A stretch of DNA of 64,000 bases from Rebecca billardiae RCC1528 (taxonomy: Eukaryota > Protista > Haptophyta): NCBI GenBank assembly GCA_965240325.2, contig OZ251233.1, forward strand, positions 1,860,001-1,924,000. The letters run 5' to 3'. The position numbers and the translations under genes are program-made. Within the stretch, counting starts at the first letter, position 1. Each line of letters starts with the position of its first letter. Shown here one piece after another: positions 11,744-23,700 of this stretch. Below the pieces are notes generated by a model, which saw nothing but the letters and a program-made list of their open reading frames with translations, searched no databases and was not told where the DNA came from.

Positions 11744-14700
11744 ATGCTTGGCCTAGTCCTACTCGTCGCGACGGCGCTGCTCCCAGCCCCACTGCTGGTG
11801 CTGAGCAGCGCTGGGACGGTGACGCAGATCATGTCTGGCAAGCAGCACACCTGCGTCCTCTACGCCACTGGCCTAGCAAAATGGTGCGCAGCAGACGCCA
11901 GCGGCACGCGTTTGAGCGTCATGCGCGCCGCGGCTCGCGACTGACGCGTGACAGCCGCGGATGCGCCCGTCACGACGAGCAGCTGGGGGTTCGGCCATAA
12001 TGGCCGGCTCGGCTACGACACCACCGACGATATCGGCGACGACCCCGACGAGCTCGGCGCCAGCCTGCCCTTCCTCACGATGCCGACGGGCGCGACCATC
12101 GCCGACCTGTCGGCGGGCGAGCAGCACTCGTGCGCGGTACTCTCGGACGCGACGATCCGGTGGTGCGTGGCGCGCGCGCGTGAACCCACGCGCGGAGTCC
12201 CGAAGTCAGTGCTTTGCGCCCCACCCGAGTACTCACTCATCGCACGTGCCTGCGTGACCGCGCCGCGCGCGGCTTGCCTCTTCCGCCTGCCTGTCTGCGC
12301 TCCCTGCCTGCCTGCATGACTTTGCTGGTGATGCCTGTACCCCCGACGCAATTCGCTTCCCTCCTCGCTGCAGCTGGGGCTCGAATGCCAATGGCCAGCT
12401 CGGGACAGGCGACCTTGTGGACGCGGGCGATGGTGTCGGCCGCGCCATGGGCGACACGCTCCCCGCCGTCAACCTGGGCGGCTCGGCCACGCCGCACACC
12501 GTGCGCTGCGGGCACAAGCACACGTGTGCTACCACCACGATCGCATCGGTGCTCGGCGTGCAGTGCTGGGGCAAGGGCGACAAGGGTGAGCTGGGGTACG
12601 AGAATCCAAACGACCTGAGCACACCGGGCGGGCACCTCTCCCTCGGCACCGGCCTGGTCGTGAGCCAGCTCGACGTGCACCTCGGCAGGCACGGCTGCGT
12701 GCTCTTCACAGACGGAAGTGTCAAATGGTGAGTGCGGCGGGCGCGCGCGTGTTGCTCCTGACGCGCCGTGCGCCGAGCGGCGAGACGGCCCTGGGGTGTG
12801 CGCTCGTGGCTCGCGAACCCCATCAATCGACGATGACTGGCTGACGCGCGGCGGTCGCGCGGTGCTGTCTGTGGCCGCGCAGCTGGGGTGACAATGCCTC
12901 CGGTCAGCTCGGCGCAGGTGAAGAGGACAACACCAATTACGGCAGCACGACCGGCACGATGGGCAACAACCTGCCCGCCGCGCTCTCCGCGGGGTTTGCG
13001 GTGGCCGTGGGCGTGGGCGCAGACCACTCTTGCGTACGGCAGGGCGACGACCGCTTTAGGTGCTGGGGCAAGGGCGCGGAAGGCAGGCTCGGCACCGGCG
13101 ACACTGCGAGCGAGTCCGATCCCGGAGACGGGACTACCTTTCACCTCGGCGCCGGCTTCACGCCCAGCTCGCTGGCGCTCGGCGGCAAGCACGGCTGCGC
13201 TCTGTCCACCGCCGGCACGCTCAAGTGGTGTGCGCGCAGGGCGCGGGCCTTGGTGTTGGTTGGGCGTGCAAGCGGGTGGCGCGATGGCCGATGGGTGCAT
13301 CTTCTGCGCGCGCGTGGGGCGGGACGGGCCGGTGAGGGGACCTCCGCGGCGTGCGCCGAGTGTCCTCTCGGGATGCTGACTCGCTGCCGCCCCGCGTCGT
13401 GCCCGCGCCTCGCGCGCGCCGTGTACCTGCCTGCTTGCGTGCGCCACCCGCCGCCGACTCTGCCGCTGCAGCTGGGGCAATGCTGCCAAGGGTCAGATCG
13501 GCTCGGGTGACACGAATGACCGTGGGGACTCTGAAGACGAGATGGGGGACAATCTGCTGCCCGTCCAGCTCGGCACGGGTCGAACTGCGCTGCTGCTGAG
13601 CACGGGCGACGCCTTCAGCTGCGTTGCAACCGACGACGGAGACGTGCGATGGTGCGTGCACACGGCGGCACGCGCCGTGCACACCGGGGGAGTGAGCGCG
13701 CGCGCGTGACGATAGGGCGGATGGGCGACGCACGCGAGGGCGTGGCAGGGCCACGCGGTCGCATCGCTTGCGCGGGCCGGCACCGACTCACGCCGCGCGT
13801 GCGCCTCGCGCGCTCGGCGTGCCCCGCCCACGCGCCACAGCTTTGGTGACGCAGTCAAAGGGCAGCTGGGCTCCGGTGACGCCCTCGAGCGCGGCACGAG
13901 TGCGGCCACGATGGGCGACGCCCTTCCAGCGATTGGGCTGCCGCACCCACCACCCGCGCCGCCTGCGCCACCGCCGAGCCCGCCGCCCTCGCCACCGCCC
14001 TCGCCACCTCCACCGAGCTCACCGCCCAGCCCACCGCCCAGCCCGCCCCCGCCAAGCCCGCCGCCGGGCCCCCCACCAAGCCCACCACCACCACGCCCAC
14101 CGCCGAGTCCACCCCCGAGTCCACCTCCCTCGCCTCCGCCATCACCGCCGCCGGCCTTGCCGCCGTCTCCGCCGCCGAGCCCGCCGCCGAGCCCACCGCC
14201 GAGCCCGCCGCCCTTGCCTCCGCCATCACCACCACCAAGCCTGCCACCGTCACCGCCACCGAGCCCACCGCCGAGCCCGCCGCCGTTACCACCTCCGCCG
14301 AGTCCGCCGCCGTCACCCCCGCCGAGCCCGCCGCCTCTGCTGCCGCCCAGCCCACCGCCAAGCCCACCGCCACCAAGTCCACCGCCAAGTCCACCACCGA
14401 GCCCACCGCCCTCACCGCCGCCGAGCCCGCCGCCGTCCCCGCCGCCGAGCCCACCGCCGAGCCCGCCGCCGTCGCCGCCTCCGCCGAGTCAGCCGCCGTC
14501 ACCACCGCCGAGCCCGCCGCCGTCTCCGCCGCCGTTGCCACCTCCGCCGTCGCCGCCACCCTCGCCGCCGCCGAGCCCGCCGCCGAGCCCACCGCCGTCG
14601 CCGCCTCCGCCTCACGCTCCGCCGTCGCCCCCGCCGAGCCCGCCACCTCTGCTGCCGCCAAGCCCACCGCCAAGCCCACCGCCACCAAGTCCACCGCCGA

Positions 14701-17700
14701 GTCCACCACCGAGCTCACCGCCCTCACCGCCGCCGAGCCCGCCGCCGTCCCCACCACCGAGCCCACCGCCGAGCCCGCCGCCGTCGCCGCCTCCGCCGAG
14801 TCAGCCGCCGTCGCCACCGCCCAGCCCGCCGCCCTCGCCGCCGCCGTTGCCACCTCCGCCGTCGCCGCCACCTGTGCCGCCGCCCAGCCCGCCACCTGTG
14901 CCGCCGCCGTCGCCACCTCCGCCGTCGCCCCCGCCGAGCCCGCCGCCTCTGCTGCCGCCCAGCCCACCGCCAAGCCCACCGCCACCAAGTCCACCGCCAA
15001 GTCCACCACCGAGCCCAACGCCCTCACCGCCGCCGAGCCCGCCGCCGTCCCCACCACCGAGCCCACCGCCGAGCCCGCCGCCGTCGCCGCCTCCGCCTCA
15101 CGCTCCGCCGTCGCCACCGCCGAGCCCGCCGCCCTCGCCGCCGCCGTTGCCACCTCCGCCGTCGCCGCCACCTGTGCCGCCGCCCAGCCCGCCACCTGTG
15201 CCGCCGCCGTCGCCACCTCCGCCGTCGCCCCCGCCGAGCCCGCCGCCTCTGCTGCCGCCCAGCCCACCGCCAAGCCCACCGCCACCAAGTCCACCGCCAA
15301 GTCCACCACCGAGCCCACCGCCCTCACCGCCGCCGAGCCCGCCGCCGTCCCCACCACCGAGCCCACCGCCGAGCCCGCCGCCGTCGCCGCCTCCGCCGAG
15401 TCAGCCGCCGTCGCCACCGCCCAGCCCGCCGCCCTCGCCGCCGCCGTTGCTACCTCCGCCGTCGCCGCCACCTGTGCCGCCGCCCAGCCCGCCACCTGTG
15501 CCGCCGCCGTCGCCACCTCCGCCGTCGCCCCCGCCGAGCCCGCCGCCTCTGCTGCCGCCCAGCCCACCGCCAAGCCCACCGCCACCAAGTCCCCCGCCAA
15601 GTCCACCACCGAGCCCAACGCCCTCACCGCCGCCGAGCCCGCCGCCGTCCCCGCCACCGAGCCCACCGCCGAGCCCGCCGCCGTCGCCGCCTCCGCCTCA
15701 CGCTCCGCCGTCGCCACCGCCGAGCCCGCCGCCCTCGCCGCCGCCGTTGCCACCTCCGCCGTCGCCACCACCTCCGCCGCCGCCCAGCCCGCCACCTGCG
15801 CTGCCGCCGTCGCCACCTCCGCCGTCGCCCCCGCCGAGCCCACCGCCTCTGCTGCCGCCCAGCCCACCGCCAAGCCCACCGCCACCAAGTCCCCCGCCAA
15901 GTCCACCACCGAGCCCACCGCCCTCACCGCCGCCGAGCCCGCCGCCGTCCCCGCCAGCGAGCCCACCGCCGAGCCCGCCGCCGTCGCCGCCTCCGCCGAG
16001 TCAGCCGCCGTCGCCACCGCCCAGCCCGCCGCCCTCGCCGCCGCCGTTGCCACCTCCGCCGTCGCCGCCACCTGTGCCGCCGCCCAGCCCGCCACCTGTG
16101 CCGCCGCCGTCGCCACCTCCGCCGTCGCCCCCGCCGAGCCCGCCGCCTCTGCTGCCGCCAAGCCCACCGCCAAGCCCACCGCCACCAAGTCCGCCGCCAA
16201 GTCCACCACCGAGCCCACCGCCCTCACCGCCGCCGAGCCCGCCGCCGTCCCCACCACCGAGCCCACCGCCGAGCCCGCCGCCGTCGCCGCCTCCGCCTCA
16301 CGCTCCGCCGTCGCCACCGCCGAGCCCGCCGCCCTCGCCGCCGCCGTTGCCACCTCCGCCGTCGCCACCACCCTCGCCGCCGCCCAGCCCGCCACCTGCG
16401 CCGCCGCCGTCGCCACCTCCGCCGTCGCCCCCGCCGAGCCCGCCGCCTCTGCTGCCGCCAAGCCCACCGCCAAGCCCACCGCCACCAAGTCCCCCGCCAA
16501 GTCCACCACCGAGCCCACCGCCCTCACCGCCGCCGAGCCCGCCGCCGTCCCCGCCACCGAGCCCACCGCCGAGCCCGCCGCCGTCGCCGCCTCCGCCGAG
16601 TCAGCCGCCGTCGCCACCGCCCAGCCCGCCGCCCTCGCCGCCGCCGTTGCTACCTCCGCCGTCGCCGCCACCTGTGCCGCCGCCCAGCCCGCCACCTGTG
16701 CCGCCGCCGTCGCCACCTCCGCCGTCGCCTCCGCCGAGCCCGCCGCCTCTGCTGCCGCCCAGCCCACCGCCAAGCCCACCGCCACCAAGTCCCCCGCCAA
16801 GTCCACCACCGAGCCCACCGCCCTCACCGCCGCCGAGCCCGCCGCCGTCCCCGCCACCGAGCCCACCGCCGAGCCCGCCGCCGTCGCCGCCTCCGCCGAG
16901 TCAGCCGCCGTCGCCACCGCCGAGCCCGCCGCCGTCTCCGCCGCCAATGCCACCTCCGCCCTTGCCACCACCCTCGCCGCCGCCGAGCCCGCCACCGAGC
17001 CCGCCTCCGGCGCCACCGCCGAGCCCACCGCCAGTGTGGCCGCCGTCTCCGCCGCCCTCGCCGCCGCCCAGCCCTCCACCTCCGCTGCCGGCGCCGCCGC
17101 CGTCACCGCCGCCGTCACCGCCGCCTTCGCCGCCGCCAGCGTCTCCTCCGAGCCCGCCGCCTTCGCCGCCGCCGTCCGATCCGAGCCCGCCACCGAGCCC
17201 GCCGCCGTCACCGCCGCCGAGCCCACCGCCGCCGAGTTCGCCGCCCACGCCACCGCCGAGCCCACTGCCCTCGCTGCCGCCAGCGCCGCCGCCGAGCCCG
17301 CCACCATCACCACCGCCGCCATCGCCGCCGCCCAGCCCGCCGCCTTCACCTCCGCCCAGCCCGCCACCATTGCCACCGCCACTGCCGCCGCCTCCGCCGC
17401 GCGTGCAGCCGTTCCCGCCACCGTCGCCGCCAGCACCACCGCCATCGCCGCCGCCTTCGCCACCACCGTCGCCACCTCCGGCGCCGCCACCGTCGCCACC
17501 GCCGAGCCCGCCGCCGAGCCCGCCGCCGTCGCCGCCGCCGCCGTCGCCTCCACCTTCGCCGCCACCGAGTTCACCACCAAGCCCGCCTCCATCGCCACCG
17601 CCGAGCCCACCGCCGTCTCCGCCGCCGTCTCCGCCACCGAGCCCACCGCCGTCGCCACCGCCATCTCCGCCACCGAGCCCACCGCCGTCGCCACCGCCGT

Positions 17701-20700
17701 CTCCGCCACCGAGCCCACCGCCGTCGCCACCGCCGTCTCCGCCACCGAGCCCACCGCCGTCGCCACCGCCATCTCCGCCACCGAGCCCACCGCCGTCGCC
17801 ACCGCCGTCTCCGCCACCGAGCCCACCGCCGTCGCCACCGCCGTCTCCGCCACCGAGCCCACCGCCGTCGCCACCGCCATCTCCGCCACCGAGCCCACCG
17901 CCGTCGCCACCGCCGTCTCCGCCACCGAGCCCACCGCCGTCGCCACCGCCGAGCCCGCCACCGCCGGTGCCGCTGCCACCACCGTCGCCACCACCCGCGC
18001 AGCCACCATCACCGCCACCAGCGTCGCCACCTGTACCACCGCCGATCCCGCCGCCATCGCCACCGCCGTCGCCACCGCCATCCCCGCCTCCAAGCCCGCC
18101 GCCGCCGCTGCCTTCTCCGCCGCCCTTGCCCCCGCCTTTACCTCCGCCCTCGCCGCCGCCGAGCCTGCCGCCGAGCCCACCACCTGCGCCACCACCGAGC
18201 CCACCTCCAGCGGCGCCACCGTCTCCGCCGCCCTCGCCGCCACCCAGCCCACCGCCGCCGATGCCGGCGCCGCCGCCGGCGCCACCGCCGTCACCACCGC
18301 CCTCGCCGCCGCCAGCGCCTCCGCCGAGCCTGCCGCCGCCGCCGCCACCGTCGGATCCGAGCCCGCCACCTGTGCCGCCGCCCTCACCACCTCCGCCGTC
18401 GCCCCCGCCGAGCCCGCCGCCTCTGCTGCCGCCCAGCCCACCGCCAAGCCCATCGCCACCAAGTCCACCGCCAAGTCCACCACCGAGCCCAACGCCCTCA
18501 CCGCCGCCGAGCCCGCCGCCGTCCCCGCCGCCGAGCCCACCGCCGAGCCTGCCGCCGTCGCCGCCTCCGCCTCACGCTCCGCCGTCGCCACCGCCGAGCC
18601 CGCCGCCCTCGCCGCCGCCGTTGTCGCCTCCGCCATTGCCACCACCTTCGCCGCCGCCGAGCCCGCCGCCGAGCCCGCCTCCGGCGCCACCGCCGAGCCC
18701 ACCGCCAGTGGTGCCACCGTCTCCGCCGCCCTTGCCGCCGCCCAGCCCGCCACCGCCGCTGCCAGCGCCGCCGCCTTCACTGCCGCCGTCACCGCCGCCT
18801 TCGCCGCCGCCAGTGCCTCCGCCAAGCCCGCCGCCATCGCCGCCACCGTCGGACCCGAGCCCTCCGCCGAGCCCGTCGCCGTATCCTCCGCCGAGCCCAC
18901 CGCCGCCGAGCCCGCCGCCGAGCCCGCCGCCGAGCCCGCCGCCGAGCCCGCCACCCTTGCTGCCGCCAGCGCCGCCGCCGAGCCCGCCACCGTCACCACC
19001 GCCGCCATCGCCGCCGCCCAGCCCGCCGCCTTCACCTCCGCCCAGCCCGCCACCATCGCCACCGCCACTGCCGCCGCCTCCGCCGCGCGTGCAGCCGTTC
19101 CCGCCACCGTCGCCACCAGCACCACCGCCGTCGCCGCCGCCTTCGCCACCACCGTCGCTGCCACCATCACCTCCACCGTCGCCGCTCCCGTCCCCACCGC
19201 CGAGCCCGCCGCCTTCGCCGCCTCCACCGATGCCGCCACCGAGCCCGCCGCCGAGTCCCCCGCCATTGCTGCCGCCGAGCCCACCGCCGTCTCCGCCACC
19301 GTCGCCGCCACCGAGCCCACCGCCATCGCCACCGCCCAGCCCGCCACCGCCGGTTCCTGTTCCGCCACCTTTGCCACCACCCGCGCCGCCACCGTCACCG
19401 CCGCCATCAGTGCCGCCGGCACCACCGCCGAGCCCGCCGCCATCACCGCCGCCGTCGCCACCGCCGTCGCCGCCACCCAGCCCACCACCACCGCTGCCGG
19501 CGCCGCCGCCGTCGCCACCGCCGTCACCGCCGCCCTCGCCGCCGCCAGCGCCTCCGCCGAGCCCACCGCCGCCGCCGCCGCCGCCGGATCCGAGCCCGCC
19601 ACCGAGCCCGCCGCCCTCACCACCTCCGCCGTCGCCCCCGCCGAGCCCGCCGCCTCTGCTGCCGCCCAGCCCACCGCCACGCCCACCGCCACCAAGTCCA
19701 CCGCCGAGTCCACCACCGAGCCCACCGCCCGCACGGCCGCCGAGCGCGCCGCCGTCCCCGCCACCGAGCCCACCGCCGAGCCCGCCGCCGTCGCTACCTC
19801 TGTTGTCGCCGCCGCCACCAAGCCTGCCACCCATGCCGCCGCCATCCCCACCGCCGAGTCCACCGCCGAGCGCGCCACCGTCTCCTCCGCCGAGTCCGCC
19901 GCCGTCGCCGCCACTGCAGAGCCCGCCGCCGAGCCCACCACAGTTGGCGCCGCCGAGCCCACCGCCGATGCAGCTGCCGCGGCCGCCGCCGCGAGCTCCG
20001 CCCCTCCCGCCGCCGTGGCCGCCGAGCGCGCCGCTCGCCGCCCTGTGGCCCTCAGCCCCATCCTCACCGCCGCCAGCGCCGCCGCCGCCGTCGGAACCGC
20101 CGCCGCTGCCGCCGCTGCCGCGCGCGCTCATCTTTGACCTGTCTCCGACCGCGCTCCCGCTCGCACCGCCGCCGCCGCCGTCGGCGCGCGCGAGGGCGCT
20201 GAGCGCGAGCGGCGTGAGCAGCAGTGGCGGCGGTGGCGGCGGCGGCTCCCCAACGACGCTCACGCTGCGCGGCCGCGGGTTTGGCGCCTTTGTGGGACTG
20301 AGCGGCGCCGTGTGCACGCTGCACGCGAGCGCGCCGGGCGAGGCCCCGATCTCGGACGCCGAGATTGCGCGCGCGGGCGGCGCGTCGAGCGCGCTTCTCA
20401 CTCTGAACGCCACGGTGCAGAGCGACTCGAGCGTGGCGTGCGCCCCGCCGGGCGAGGATGGGTCGGGCTTTGTGCGCGGCGTGGGCACAGGCACGTACCG
20501 CGTCGCCCTGTGGCTGGAGCGGAGCGCCGCCTCGCCGGCGCCTTCGCTCTTCGCGCCGCCTACGCTTCGGCTCTTTGACTTTGGCTCGGCGGTGGCCGTG
20601 ACGGGGGTGCAGCCGCCGATCGGGCCGCTGGACGGCGGCACGGTGGTCACGCTCGAGGGGCGCGGCTTCGAGCTCGCGGCGGGCGCGGATGGCAGCAGCG

Positions 20701-23700
20701 CGCTGTGCTGCGTCGCGCCCGCGCTCTCCGGCGAGGCGTGCGTCTCCGCCGCCATTCTGCTGCGCCCTCTCAACGGCACGAGCCGCGCGCGCTGCGTCAC
20801 ACCGCCTTCACCGGCCGTGGGCGCGGTCGGGCTCGCGATCGGCCGCGCTGGGCTGCGCGGCGGCGGGGCCGAGGGCGGCGCTGGCGCCGCGCTGCTCGGC
20901 GGTCAGCGGACGGACGCTTCCGTGAGCTTTCTCTACTACAACGACTCGGAGGTGCGCGTGCTGGGCGCGGCGCCCGACCGCGGCCCTCCGCACGCGACAA
21001 CCGCTATCAGCGTCTCTGGCGCGGGCTTGCTGCTCGAAGGCGCGCGCGTGCGCGTGCGCTTCGGCGCGGCGCTCGCAGGGCCGCCGCTGGCCGTCGAGCC
21101 AGCGAGCGGCACCCTCCTCGTGCGCGCGGCCCACTACGCCGCGCACGGCGCGGCCGGCGACGACGGCGCCGGCGCCGGCGGTGATGCCCCGGCCGGCGCC
21201 GCCGGCACGCGCAACGGCACCCAACCGCCGCCGCCGCCGGTGCAGCAGCAGGCGGTGGTGCAGGTCTTCCTCTCGCTCAACGGGCAGCAGTGGACGCCGC
21301 GCGCGCCGGGCGGCGCGGGCGCGGTGCGCTTCGCCTTCGACGACGGGCCGCACGCGCCCGCCCTCCTCAGCGCGCACTTTGACCCCGCCAGCGGCGCGGC
21401 GCTGCTGCTGCGCTTCGACGCGCAGCCGACCGACCGCGCGGGGATGGGCGGCGGCCTCGGCGGCTGCGGCGCGGTGCTCGACGACGAGACGCTCGAGCTG
21501 CTCGCCGGTGACTCGGCCGCCGGCGCGCAGCCGACGTGCTACTGGCAAGACGACTCGACCTTCGCGGCGCGGCTGGGCGCGCGCACGGCCGCCCGCCCGG
21601 GCGCGCGCGTGGGCGTGCGCGCGGGCGCAGTGCGGCCCGCGGCGTGCACGCGCGCGGCGTGCGCCGAGGCGGCGGCGGCGGGCAACGAGGCGACGGTGGT
21701 GGCCGTCGACCCGGACGCGCCGTGCGGCGACGCGCCGTGCCCGACGCCGCTCGCGGTGCTGCGCGCGCCCGCCACGCTCTCGGGCTGCGCCAACGAGTCC
21801 CTCCGCCTCGACGGCGGCGCTTCGAGCGTGGGCGGCGTGGGCGCGGCATCCTACAGCTGGGGCGTGGCGGACGCGACGGGCCCCGGCGCAGACGCGGCGC
21901 GCGTCGAGGCGGCGCTGCGCGCGCTGCCGCCGGCCGCGTCGAGCGCGCTGCTCGACGGGCTGCTCCCCGCGTCCACAGCCGACACGCGCTACCTGTTCGC
22001 GCTGCGCGTCACCTCCTTCCTCGGCGCGAGCTCCGATCTCGCGTGGGCGGAGGTGCGGCGCGCGAGCGGCAGCGTGGGGCCGAGTGTGGCCATCGTCGGA
22101 GCGCCCGCGGCGCCGGTGCGCGCGGCGGCGCCGCTCACGCTGCTCGCGCGCGCCGAGCGGCTCGCCCCGTGCTGGCCCGCCGCGCGCTCGGGCCGCGTGG
22201 CCTTCAGCTGGCGGCTGCTCGACGCTGTGCCCCTCGGCGCGGACGGCGCCGCGGCGGCGGACGGCGTAGGCGCGGCGAGCGCGCTCGCTGCAGCGGCAGC
22301 CGCGATCGCCGCGCACGCGCGCGGCGCGACGCTGCAGCTGCCCGCGCACGCGCTGCGCGCCGCGCACGCGTACACGATCGAGCTGACCGCCGCGATGGCG
22401 GACGAGCCCGCCGCCGCGTCGAGCGCGACCGCCACCGTCGTGCTGCGTGCGCCGGAGCCCATCGTCGCGCGGCTGGCGGCAGGCTCGGTTCGCATCGGCG
22501 CGCACGACGCGCTGACCGCCGACGCCTCGCTCAGCGTCGACCCCAACTCGGCGGCGCCGGCCGCGCTCGCGTTCGCGTGGGAGCTCCGCGGCGCGTCTGG
22601 CGAGCCGCTGCCGCTGCCGCCCAACGCGAGCGCCGCCCCCGCCGGCTCGGCGCTCGCGCTGCCGCCTGGCGCGCTCAGTGCAGGCGTGTACTCTCTCACC
22701 GTGCGCGTCTCGTCCGCGGCGGGCGGCGGCGGCGGCGCGGCGCCGAGCGGGCACGCGAGCATGAGCGTCGAGGTGCTGGAGAGCGGCTCGCCGCCCGCCG
22801 TCGCGCTGGAGCCGCTGCCGCGGCGCGGCCCGACCAACCCGACGTGGCGGCTGCCGTCGGAGCGGCTCGCCCTGACGGCGCGCGCGCCGCTCGACACGGG
22901 CGCGTATGCTTACGCGTGGCGAGCGTTGGAGCCCGCGCCCGGCGGCGATGGGCTGTGGGTGCCCTCGGCGCTCGAGCTGGACGACGTGGCGCGCACGACG
23001 AGCACGGGCGCGCGCGGGCCCGCGCTCGCCTTCAGGAGCGGCGCGCTCACGCCGGGCGCGCGCTACCGCTTCGAGCTGCGAGTGACACGCCGCGCCGACC
23101 CGGCCGGCGCGCCGCCGGGCGTTGCGACCGTCACGGTGCGCGTGAGCCGCCCGCCGCACGGCGGCGCGCTCGCGGCGTGGCCGAGCGGCGCGGCCGGGAG
23201 CGCCGGCGGCCGTGACGGCGGTGACGGCGGTGACGGCGGCGGCGGCGGCGCGCCCGTCGCCGTGCTGCTCGGCGATGGCGTCGAGCTCGAGGCGCGAGGC
23301 TGGACGGCCGACGGCGGCGCGGACGCGCTGCCGCTGAGCTACTCATATGAGTACTACTCACATGGGTACTACTCAGATGGGCACTACTCAGATGGGTACG
23401 ACCCGGCCGCGTCGAGCGCGGAGGTGACGCCGCTGAGCGCGCCCGCGCCGGACAGCCCTCGGCTGAGCGCCGTGCAGCTGCCCGCGGGCGCGCACACCGT
23501 CGTCGCGCGCGTGGCGGACGCGGCGGGCGCCGAGGCACACACGGCCGCGCGCGTCAACGTGAGCGCGCCGCCGCGCGAGGCGCTGGACGCAGAGGCGCTC
23601 GGCGCGCTGCTCGAGCGCGCGCGGGGGGCGCTCGAGCGCGCGGACGGCGCGGGCGCGCTGCACCTCGTCACCGCCGTCGCGCGGCTCGACGCGGCCGCGC

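Noticed and set aside
13768-20202. 2,144-aa Arg/His-rich (+), 2,070-aa Ala-rich (-) and Gly-rich ORFs
   Set aside because: Alternative frames of the CCG/TCG-rich Ser-Pro repeat; only the Pro frame connects to real domains on both sides.
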